From IMG/VR virus record IMGVR_UViG_3300035670_000134: a DNA stretch of 64,000 nucleotides; one strand, 5' to 3'. This DNA comes from an uncultured virus (IMG/VR IMGVR_UViG_3300035670_000134) (taxonomy: Duplodnaviria > Heunggongvirae > Uroviricota > Caudoviricetes). The notes under the pieces were generated by a model. The model saw nothing but the letters and a program-made list of their open reading frames with translations. It was not told where the DNA came from and did not search any database. Positions 46,976 to 55,158 of this stretch are shown one piece after another; position 1 is the first letter of the stretch; every line of letters begins with the position of its first letter. The position numbers and the translations under genes are program-made.

Positions 46976-47323
46976 CTATACCCCCATCCATGATAATACA
47001 TGATTGTCATAAGTTGTAGTGTTCATGTCCTGAATCGTTGTTGCATCAAGAACGTGATTCACAGTTGTCCCAGAAAGATGAGAATTGGCCGGTGGACCAT
47101 CATAACCTCTCTGAATCGCAGTAAAAGTATTTGAAACTCTCGTATTGCACAATACTTTTTCTTCATTCGGCTGGCCTCTACTCAAAACAATCACAAAAGG
47201 ATTTCCAGTAGAACCATCTGGAAAAGAAGAACCATCAAGAACAGTTATCGATGTATCTGAATTTGACAAAATAGTGGTTGTGGTCGTTTCAACTACCGCA
47301 CCAGCAAATTCTCTTCTTTCCAT
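46976..47323 (-). CDS. virion structural protein
   Basis: SNSDTSITVLDGSSFP...QRGYDG...SHLSGTTV domain also present in the tail hub protein. Confidence 0.65.
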   Translation of the reverse strand: MERREFAGAVVETTTTTILSNSDTSITVLDGSSFPDGSTGNPFVIVLSRGQPNEEKVLCNTRVSNTFTAIQRGYDGPPANSHLSGTTVNHVLDATTIQDMNTTTYDNHVLSWMGV

Positions 47324-47334
47324 CTTAACCTCAA

Positions 47335-47721
47335 TCAGTTGATGCTAATATCAAGATCGCCTGTAGCAATTCTTAAAGTGTCACCAGCATCAAGACTCTT
47401 ATTAGCAGTCAAAGTTCCATGAACCAAAAGATTACCAGCAGTAGAAGCATCATAAATTGCAATACCAACTACAGTACAAGCAGGCATATCTGTGAAATCA
47501 ATATTGCTGCTGTTCTGAGTAGCACCACCCGCTGCCGCATCAAATGTAGCAACCTGACGAGCGTACGAACCACCAGTGACCTCGGTACCGGCAGCACCAG
47601 TGTCATCTTCAGCTACTGTCATCAAGGCAACATAGACATCCGATGGAGCAGTGTAAGATGTTGTTCCAAGAAAATGATCAAGAAGCTTATTCTCAAGGAA
47701 ATCGCTTAAATTACCAGCCAT
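47335..47721 (-). CDS. phage structural protein
   Basis: LSDFLENKLLDH...EVTGGSYARQ...IYDASTAGNLL. Confidence 0.7.
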   Translation of the reverse strand: MAGNLSDFLENKLLDHFLGTTSYTAPSDVYVALMTVAEDDTGAAGTEVTGGSYARQVATFDAAAGGATQNSSNIDFTDMPACTVVGIAIYDASTAGNLLVHGTLTANKSLDAGDTLRIATGDLDISIN

Positions 47722-48146
47722 TAGTTATTCTCCTTATAATACTCTTCCAACTCTAACTGTGTCGGAAGTCTAAAGTTCTCCAAAGAAAGCAAAAAATCTG
47801 CCTCCTCATTCTCAACTTCGTAAATTCTTTTATCAGCAGTAAATTTAACACCGCTTTTTGTCACATACGCTGATCCTGTAGAAAAGAAAACAAACTTTCT
47901 ACCAGAAGAAGCCTGAGCGACATTCTTTTCTGGAAGAGGAGACTTCTCTGCCTTAATAGGCTCATTGTCAACAACTTCTTGGACCACAGGCTCAACTTCG
48001 GCAGCAACCTCAGGATCAACCTTAGGAGCAGCCTTAGGAGAAGCCTGCTTTTTTGCTGTAGTCTTCTTCGAACCAGCAGCCTTCTTCGCAGGAGCAGGCT
48101 TGCTTGCTTCCGGAAGATCACCAGATTTAATCACGTTCTCACTCAT
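47721..48146 (-). CDS. hypothetical protein with Lys/Ala/Pro-rich N-terminus
   Basis: Downstream of capsid gene; TGATAGAAT -10 box 7 nt upstream. Confidence 0.7.
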   Translation of the reverse strand: MSENVIKSGDLPEASKPAPAKKAAGSKKTTAKKQASPKAAPKVDPEVAAEVEPVVQEVVDNEPIKAEKSPLPEKNVAQASSGRKFVFFSTGSAYVTKSGVKFTADKRIYEVENEEADFLLSLENFRLPTQLELEEYYKENN

Positions 48147-48182
48147 AAAGACAATTCTATCATAAGTATCATTATAAAACAG

Positions 48183-48208
48183 AAAAGGCGGGGGATTTCT
48201 CCCCCACC
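48183..48208 (-). terminator. rho-independent terminator after major capsid gene
   Basis: GGTGGGGGA-GAAA-TCCCCCGCC-TTTT on the minus strand. Confidence 0.85.
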
Positions 48209-48246
48209 AATTCCGCTAGGACTATGTAACTATAACGGTCCTAAGA

Positions 48247-49278
48247 TCAGGCGCTGCGAAGCTTGACGTTCTTAGCGATGACGTAAGAATCAGCATTCTC
48301 AATGTTGCAAGCAACACGCATGAACTGGGTGTACTCAATGGTGTCAGTTTTCGGCTGGAACTGACGGTACACGGTGATGTCACGATGGAGACCAACCACG
48401 CGGTTATTCGGGAAGGTCAACTCAAGGTAACCGTGGGAACCGGCAGCACCGGAGTAGTCACCGGAGACAGCCTCTGGCATGAGGGGAACCTCAACCAGCG
48501 GAATACCGAACGGTGCAAGACCAGTCGAACCGGGACCGCCGTTGGCACGCATGGCACCGTTAAGGAAAGCCAAGTCACCAGTGGTGGAGCCGGGGCTTGG
48601 AGCACCAGCGGTAGCCTCAGTAGCAGAGTTTGGATTCTGCAGCGAGTAGATAGCATCCTGAACGACGCCCGGGCCGGTGAAGAACCTGAGTTCGTTACGA
48701 CGCTGTAGGTACTTGTTGGGAAGGTTACGAAGAACACGGTCAAATACCGAACGTGAAACATTGTCACCAGCCTCATCAACAGTGGTGCCCGAAGCAAGAG
48801 CCAACTTCACAAAGCCGTCAAGAGCCTTGAGAAGAGCGTTGCTGGACGAGGTGTTACCGTTAATGAGAAGATCATCAAGATCGTTAGCGGTCTGGCGAGC
48901 CATAACCTGAGCGAGATGATCCTCAAGGGAAGCACCCTCAATGTTGTCCTCTAGGGACTCAGTTGAGACTTCCCAGTCAAGACGAAGCTTGACGCTGGTC
49001 ATCGAAACCTTCGAGAAGGTGACGGCGGCATTGCTGCCATCGTCGGTTGCCTCGGTAGCCTTACGCATGATGCGGGTGCCGACCGAAAGCTTATCAATAT
49101 CCATAGTTGGGGTACGCATACGAACAACGCGGCTGTTCTGCATGAGTACCGACTGATCAATCACAAAATCCAGAAAACGGTTGGATTGCTCAGCGTTAAG
49201 AAGACCACCAGAAGCGTTACCTACAACGGAGGTTGTGACTTCGTTAGCCTTTGCTAGAATTTCTTCTTGAGTTGCCAT
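48247..49278 (-). CDS. major capsid protein (HK97 fold)
   Basis: GGLLNAEQSNRF, LEDNIEG, DLDDLLING; strong RBS; follows protease/scaffold. Confidence 0.9.
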   Translation of the reverse strand: MATQEEILAKANEVTTSVVGNASGGLLNAEQSNRFLDFVIDQSVLMQNSRVVRMRTPTMDIDKLSVGTRIMRKATEATDDGSNAAVTFSKVSMTSVKLRLDWEVSTESLEDNIEGASLEDHLAQVMARQTANDLDDLLINGNTSSSNALLKALDGFVKLALASGTTVDEAGDNVSRSVFDRVLRNLPNKYLQRRNELRFFTGPGVVQDAIYSLQNPNSATEATAGAPSPGSTTGDLAFLNGAMRANGGPGSTGLAPFGIPLVEVPLMPEAVSGDYSGAAGSHGYLELTFPNNRVVGLHRDITVYRQFQPKTDTIEYTQFMRVACNIENADSYVIAKNVKLRSA

Positions 49279-49296
49279 TTTATTATATCCTCCTAA

Positions 49297-50853
49297 TCAC
49301 GACTCATAGCCCAGAGCCTTGACTAGCTCTTGTGGCAAATAAATGTTGTTCCAGAAAGAACGGGGAGCGGACTTGCGAATCTCATCCTCACCCTCATCCT
49401 CGTCGCCGTCTGGATCGACGCTCTTCTTAACTGCACCGGCAGCAGCGAAAGCCTCTACCTTCTCAGTTTGCTCAGCGAGAGCAGCCTCGGCAGAAGCAAG
49501 CTTCTGCTCCAACTCTTCGCGCTGTACGCCTACGCTCTTGGTTACTTCTTCAATCTTAGCATCCATTGAAGCCTCAACCTCTTCCTTTAGAGAAGCGGCG
49601 AAGTCAGTCAGCTTCTGATCAATGACCGAACCCAGAGCATCCTTTAGAATATCAATATCCATGTGATCCTCCATTTGATCGTTGTCCGCCTCAACCTCAG
49701 ATTCAGTTGAAGCTTCTTCAATTTCGACAGACTTTTCTACGACTGCCTCTTCGTCAACCGTTAACCAGTTAACAAACCTTTTTAGAAGAGAAAGTTTTTG
49801 TTCGGCAGAAGTATCCATCTCAGATACCTTAGCATAATTTTCATCATTATGCAAAGATTTCTCAATGTCTTCCAACGTCAAGCCTTCATCTTCAAGAACT
49901 TGTTTCAATACATCATCCATATCGAACTCCTTAATCATATCATCATTACAGGTTCCGCAACCGCAAGAACACGTAATTTCTTTCTCAAAGTCAGAATCAT
50001 CAAACTTTCTGGTGCAGTTATCTAACTGACGGACTTTTGATCTTGCCCAAACCCAACCTGGAGTACCACCCCAAAGGTTCCAAGCAATTCTTCCATTTGA
50101 TGGGTAACCATCTTCACCCGGATTTGCACCTTCTGCTCTAAGATCTACTTCATGTCGTGGGAAATATCTTGCAACCTTTCTGACAAACTCAGGAGATACT
50201 GTACCGCCCTGAGCAAGTCTTCTTGCTGAACCGAGGCCAACACTTGTTCCACCACGACCTTCTTCTCTTCTTTGACGTAAACCAATTTCGGCCATTCTCT
50301 TAACCGAATCAGGAATTGTCAAATTAATATCTTCACAATCAATCTTAAGAATATAATCAAGATGATCTGAAGTATCGAACTTTACAATATCAATGACAGC
50401 AGCCGGATTGGCTGGGTTGTCTACTAGACTTAGTTCGCCAAGTTCATATTTTCTAATAACATTAACCGGCTTACCACGATACATTTTGTTCGTATCAATC
50501 TGCTTTTCTAAAATCTTTCCACCAACAGAGAATGATCTCAAAGTTCCATCAAGAACCTTCTCCCAAGTGTCTTGAGCACCCTTTGAGATATAAGCTTCAA
50601 CTTGCATTGCATTATATTCAGTCCCGTCTTCGCTTTTAATTTTTACGGGCTTGTAACTGATTGCTTTTCCAACAGCAATAGGAGCATGCATTTCACGGAT
50701 ATTTCCGGTCCAATTCTTAAAAGCTTCAACAGATGCTTCAAAAGTAATTACGTCACCGGCTTTATCAATATTGTCGGCAGTAGCGATGCCAACAACAATA
50801 CGCTCCTCTCTTTTGATCATGTCAATTGGAAAAGAGAGATTAAAATCTTCCAT
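49297..50853 (-). CDS. prohead protease/scaffold fusion with inserted domain
   Basis: IREMH...SFSVGG...ELSLVDNPANP protease motifs; acidic coiled-coil C-terminus. Confidence 0.88.
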   Translation of the reverse strand: MEDFNLSFPIDMIKREERIVVGIATADNIDKAGDVITFEASVEAFKNWTGNIREMHAPIAVGKAISYKPVKIKSEDGTEYNAMQVEAYISKGAQDTWEKVLDGTLRSFSVGGKILEKQIDTNKMYRGKPVNVIRKYELGELSLVDNPANPAAVIDIVKFDTSDHLDYILKIDCEDINLTIPDSVKRMAEIGLRQRREEGRGGTSVGLGSARRLAQGGTVSPEFVRKVARYFPRHEVDLRAEGANPGEDGYPSNGRIAWNLWGGTPGWVWARSKVRQLDNCTRKFDDSDFEKEITCSCGCGTCNDDMIKEFDMDDVLKQVLEDEGLTLEDIEKSLHNDENYAKVSEMDTSAEQKLSLLKRFVNWLTVDEEAVVEKSVEIEEASTESEVEADNDQMEDHMDIDILKDALGSVIDQKLTDFAASLKEEVEASMDAKIEEVTKSVGVQREELEQKLASAEAALAEQTEKVEAFAAAGAVKKSVDPDGDEDEGEDEIRKSAPRSFWNNIYLPQELVKALGYES

Positions 50854-50891
50854 AGTAAGAAATCATACCACAATAATGCTTTTAAAGGAAT

Positions 50892-51116
50892 CTATACATT
50901 CATCCAAGATAGGATTTCAGAGTCAGTCGGTCCTGATTGAGGATTTACCTGAACATCACTCGTCGTACCTTCAAAATAACCTATACCACCAAGATGATCT
51001 TTAAAAAATATTTTTCCATCACGATAATTTATTGCCAGTTCGCCATGCGATAAAGAGTTGGCAAGCGGTTCACCACCAGACTTGTCTGAATTCTTTATCT
51101 TAATGACGTTAGACAT
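50892..51116 (-). CDS. small protein sharing the N-terminal domain of 51125-52198
   Basis: MSNVIKIK...LSHGELAINYRDGKIFFK. Confidence 0.65.
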   Translation of the reverse strand: MSNVIKIKNSDKSGGEPLANSLSHGELAINYRDGKIFFKDHLGGIGYFEGTTSDVQVNPQSGPTDSEILSWMNV

Positions 51117-51124
51117 TTTCTATC

Positions 51125-52198
51125 TCAGAAGGTTCCGCCATCAATAGTGATTCCAGTGATAGAACCTCCAGTAATAGCAACATTACTTGCGGCCTGAACA
51201 GCCATAGTATCAAGACCAAGATTAGTTCTGGCAGTAGAAGCATCCGTTGCACCAGTACCACCATAGGCAACAGCAACAGCAGTACCCTGCCAAACACCGG
51301 TTCCGATGGTTCCTACAGAAGTAAGGCTCGAAGTAACAACAGATGAGCCAAGAGTTGTATTGGACAACACAGAGGCACCACCAATATAATAAGCCTTACC
51401 AGCAGCAAGATTTAGATGCTCCGAAGAAGTCCAAGCGTCTGTTGCATCAACCCAGTTAAAAGTCTTGTCAGTAGTGCCCTTTAGAGTAATACCACCACCA
51501 TCTGCTGTAGCATCGCTTGGGCTTTGGGTAGATCCAAGCTCCAAGTTCTTATCGTCAACATTTATTGTTGTTGAATTAATACTTGTGGTTGTTCCATTAA
51601 CTGTTAAGTTTCCACTTACAGTTAGATTGTTTCCAATCGTAACATCGTTTGGTAAACCAATTGTAATAGCACCAGTTGCAGCACTTACTTCAACCTCATT
51701 AGCAGTACCTGTTAGAGATAGGACACCGTCGTTTGTAAAAGTAACAACATCAGTCCCGCCAACAGTCGTTGAAATACCAGTACCACCTGTAAAAGTGATC
51801 GTATCTGTCCCGCTCGTTACCGTCTGGGCAGAGCCAGAGTCAGCAGCGATCTGGAACGTCGTTGCGATATTGCCAAGACCAATATCAACATATGCAGTAG
51901 TTGCGACAGAAGTTGAATTGTCACCTTGAGACTTAGTGTTTGCGGTAGCGGAAGCGCCTAAATCAACTGAGCCGCTAAAAGTTTTTGAACCAGAAACAGT
52001 CTGTGTACTGCTCAAGGTTAAGAATTCGCCAGAACCGCCAATGGCAATAACAGTATTTGCATCACCATTGATATCAGTTCCTGTACCGTAATACAGAATG
52101 TTGTTTACTTCGTTAAAAGCAAGCTCTGCATTTTTTAGTGTAGATGGGGCTTCGCCGGCACCAGTCGCCCTTCTTTTAATTCTGAGTACATTGCTCAT
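51125..52198 (-). CDS. fibre-like structural protein
   Basis: MSNVLRIKRR...ELAFNE; GNLTVNGTTT; GGTGAT..ARTNLG; ends in IDGGTF. Confidence 0.72.
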   Translation of the reverse strand: MSNVLRIKRRATGAGEAPSTLKNAELAFNEVNNILYYGTGTDINGDANTVIAIGGSGEFLTLSSTQTVSGSKTFSGSVDLGASATANTKSQGDNSTSVATTAYVDIGLGNIATTFQIAADSGSAQTVTSGTDTITFTGGTGISTTVGGTDVVTFTNDGVLSLTGTANEVEVSAATGAITIGLPNDVTIGNNLTVSGNLTVNGTTTSINSTTINVDDKNLELGSTQSPSDATADGGGITLKGTTDKTFNWVDATDAWTSSEHLNLAAGKAYYIGGASVLSNTTLGSSVVTSSLTSVGTIGTGVWQGTAVAVAYGGTGATDASTARTNLGLDTMAVQAASNVAITGGSITGITIDGGTF

Positions 52199-52477
52199 TT
52201 AAAAATTACCTCCATTAAAAGTTGCACCCGTTAAAGGATGCGAATGATCTGCTCTAGAAGCCAAAATACTTACACCGGCAGATCCTGTGTTAGACAACTG
52301 CTGCGGAATATCGTTACTTAGATTAACATAAACAGGCATATTTGCGACAGCCTGAGCGGCATTGATTACTGTAGATGAAGCATTAGATACACTAACAATA
52401 GTTGATTGTTCTGGGGATACAGTTAAAATTGTTGCATCTCCGGTGGTAACTGTAATCGTTGTTACTTCAGCTGACAT
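52199..52477 (-). CDS. small structural protein
   Basis: ASRADHSHP motif; ends in NGGNF. Confidence 0.6.
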   Translation of the reverse strand: MSAEVTTITVTTGDATILTVSPEQSTIVSVSNASSTVINAAQAVANMPVYVNLSNDIPQQLSNTGSAGVSILASRADHSHPLTGATFNGGNF

Positions 52478-52805
52478 TGCTAATATCCCCTGTTACAGAA
52501 ACATTGCCATACATAAGAGTGGTTACAACATTACCGGCAGTCTCTTGTAAATCATAATAGTATTTACCGGATTTTAGAGTAGATGTCTGATTACTAGTTA
52601 AAGATAATACAACGACACCATTTGCTCCATTTGAGTCGTCTATATCAAAAGAAAGCAATGACGCAGAAGCAGCAGATGATTCTTTTATTTGAGCAACATA
52701 CGTTCTTAAAGATACATCGATTGCTACATTTGAGGAGTTCTTGATGGTTACAGAATGAGTGTAAGTATCACCTTTGTATACAGAGATGTTTCTTTCAGCA
52801 GCCAT
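52467..52805 (-). CDS. beta-sandwich structural/adaptor protein
   Basis: YKGDTY...GVVVLSLTSNQT..L..GKYYYDLQ. Confidence 0.65.
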   Translation of the reverse strand: MAAERNISVYKGDTYTHSVTIKNSSNVAIDVSLRTYVAQIKESSAASASLLSFDIDDSNGANGVVVLSLTSNQTSTLKSGKYYYDLQETAGNVVTTLMYGNVSVTGDISNVS

Positions 52806-52836
52806 AAAATAAACCTCAATAGCATTATAGCAACGA

Positions 52837-53097
52837 TCAGCCTACAGCGAATACAGCAATTGTTGATGCAGCAGTAACAACTTCAATTGTGTTGTAATCA
52901 CCCGGAACAACAACATAAGCATGGCCGTGATCATTTCTTGCAGGAAGCATTACAGAATGCTTTCCATTAAGTTTCACCTCAACATCATTGTTCACCGTAC
53001 AAAGCATATGAATACTGTAAGTGTGATGAGCGATGCTGACCGCACCATCTGCTGTTTCTAAGCTTGTGTTTGAAAACACAATATGTCCATCAATCAT
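52837..53097 (-). CDS. hypothetical protein
   Basis: Coupled to portal stop; GGAGG RBS before MIDGH. Confidence 0.65.
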   Translation of the reverse strand: MIDGHIVFSNTSLETADGAVSIAHHTYSIHMLCTVNNDVEVKLNGKHSVMLPARNDHGHAYVVVPGDYNTIEVVTAASTIAVFAVG

Positions 53098-54706
53098 TAT
53101 TTCCTCCATTATCTTGATTTTCCCCTCTTTCCGCCTGATCACCAGATTCTCTTGGATCAGATGAACCTCCGGGGCTGTCTGCCCTAGCATTCCTTGGAAC
53201 TGCAGACTCGTTATTGTTATTGCCTATAGGAGCACCTGGCCCATTACCGCCCTGCTCTTTCTTTAACTTTGTTGGATAAGGCAGAGGCTCATCGCCGTCT
53301 GTTCTTTCCGGTAGACCAAGTTCATTACGAACCTCATTAGGTGTGACAACCTCGGTACGAAGGTATCTATCATAAATCCTTGACTGAATGTCTTCATCAA
53401 CAAGATCAATCCTATCAAACTTGATGCTTACCAGATCAGTAAACTCGGCAATAAGTCTATTAAGTTTCTTTTCAATAATAGATTGATCTGGACCGATTAC
53501 TTGAGTCTTAAATGTCTTATCAGCATCCCTTGAAACCGCCAAGTTTGCATTATCATAAACACCTACTTTTGGAGCAGGAACTCTGTTGGCAACAAGGATC
53601 TCATCCCTGTTTGATTTGCGATACTTGTCAAATGAAGCATCTTGAATACCAGCCTCAAGCTTTTCAAACTTAATGTCTGTGTCTCCACCAAGAGATGCTG
53701 GAAGTGGGACGATTAGCGTACCATGATTGCGCCCCTTTACCTCTTGACGGAAGTAATTAACCAGTTCCTGCTTTGATCTTTGACTTAGCTTAGCACCCTT
53801 AACAATAATTGCATATCTTGGAATAGCCTTATTTTCGAAATAGTCAATATTGTATTCTTTTGCAAACTTGTCACCAACAATCGCAGCGGCAGCGGAAACA
53901 CTTGAAGGGATTCCGTAATATGAATTATTAGGAGAATAAATCTTAAAATGAATTATCTCATTAGGCTTAGGATCTGAGTTAATCGGATCTTCTGTCTCTG
54001 TGTCCTGAAAGTTTCTAAAAAAGACCGCTTGAATCTTGTTACTCTTGGCGATCTGGACATAGCCATCACGATGGCGTCTGACACGCATAAGAACTGAAGG
54101 AATATGGCCGATATAGCCGATCTCTCCTGAATTGGTTCGACCTATTTCTAAATAGCCATTTCCCGTTGTTAGGGCATCAAGCCAGACTTTATTGATAGTT
54201 TCAATAAAAGTTTCTTCTTCATTGAAGTTTTCAAACTTTGTTTCTAAATCCTGACGAACGTCCTGAATTGCTTTCCTTACACGATCCATCCTATCAGGAT
54301 TAGACTGTGCCTTCTCCAGCCTTCTTCTCGCCTTAAGGGTTTCAGGGAAATGATACCCAAGTCCTACAGTATTCATAACCCTAGCATTTATTGCTGCATT
54401 ATGAATTGCACTTGAATCGTACAACTCGGCAAGCGTATATAGATCATATGGAGGACTTACAACATCATATAGTGAATATCCATCAAGTTCTTCTGGATCA
54501 ATATACTTGGCTTCGGCTCCCTCTACGCCTTCAAACTTTTTAGAGAGACGAGTAGCCTTTCTTTTCATTCTTGGAGAAAGAGAAGAATACTTAACTGTCT
54601 TGAAAGGATCGTTGTTTTCAATCTTTCTGATTGTTTGATAATAATTTACATCATCAACAAGAATCTCTTCAGCCTCATCGTCAATATGACTCATTCCCTT
54701 ATTCAT
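53090..54706 (-). CDS. portal protein
   Basis: TGNGYLEI, EIIHFK, YYGIP, YFENKAIP, TPNEVRNELGL. Confidence 0.92.
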   Translation of the reverse strand: MNKGMSHIDDEAEEILVDDVNYYQTIRKIENNDPFKTVKYSSLSPRMKRKATRLSKKFEGVEGAEAKYIDPEELDGYSLYDVVSPPYDLYTLAELYDSSAIHNAAINARVMNTVGLGYHFPETLKARRRLEKAQSNPDRMDRVRKAIQDVRQDLETKFENFNEEETFIETINKVWLDALTTGNGYLEIGRTNSGEIGYIGHIPSVLMRVRRHRDGYVQIAKSNKIQAVFFRNFQDTETEDPINSDPKPNEIIHFKIYSPNNSYYGIPSSVSAAAAIVGDKFAKEYNIDYFENKAIPRYAIIVKGAKLSQRSKQELVNYFRQEVKGRNHGTLIVPLPASLGGDTDIKFEKLEAGIQDASFDKYRKSNRDEILVANRVPAPKVGVYDNANLAVSRDADKTFKTQVIGPDQSIIEKKLNRLIAEFTDLVSIKFDRIDLVDEDIQSRIYDRYLRTEVVTPNEVRNELGLPERTDGDEPLPYPTKLKKEQGGNGPGAPIGNNNNESAVPRNARADSPGGSSDPRESGDQAERGENQDNGGNND

Positions 54707-55050
54707 TACTTTCTCCTATTAAGTTCCTTTTTGACGGCTGCTTCAATAATGTCTTCGTAAGGATCTGGCATTAAGCCATTGGCCAAACGCTCTGCTTGGT
54801 CATCTTTTTCAGATGCAGTAACTTTTCTAGCCCCGCCAACCCAAGTTGCGTATCCTTCCTCAGAACCGGTCCAATAAAGAGCAGCCTTCCGGACCTGTTC
54901 TTCAACACTCTTGTCACCAACGATACCCTCTGCACAAAGAACACCATCGCCATCAGAGAGGGGCTTACCATCTGCCATAATCCAGATGCATACACCAAAA
55001 GCCCGTTGTGGGACATAAAGTTTCTTATTCTTGACGTAATCAGAGTTCAT
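54706..55050 (-). CDS. hypothetical protein upstream of portal
   Basis: Coupled to portal start; TATTAT -10 box 7 nt upstream of MNSDY. Confidence 0.7.
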   Translation of the reverse strand: MNSDYVKNKKLYVPQRAFGVCIWIMADGKPLSDGDGVLCAEGIVGDKSVEEQVRKAALYWTGSEEGYATWVGGARKVTASEKDDQAERLANGLMPDPYEDIIEAAVKKELNRRK

Positions 55051-55094
55051 CTTTGAAATAATACACCATCTTGTGTAAAAAAGCATCGGTAAAC

Positions 55095-55129
55095 GGCAAA
55101 AAGCGTACCATTACGGTACGCTTCTCGCC
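55095..55129 (-). terminator. rho-independent terminator after nrdJ
   Basis: AAGCGTACC-gtaat-GGTACGCTT followed by TTT. Confidence 0.8.
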
Positions 55130-55158
55130 AGAATGTAGAAATGGTGCCTACAAAACCG

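Noticed and set aside
51109..51297. Same-strand out-of-frame ORFs in structural genes (also 48417-48797, 47861-48121)
   Set aside because: Leu/Val-rich shadow frames produced by T-ending codon bias; no motifs or initiation signals, unlike the nested ORF in dcm.
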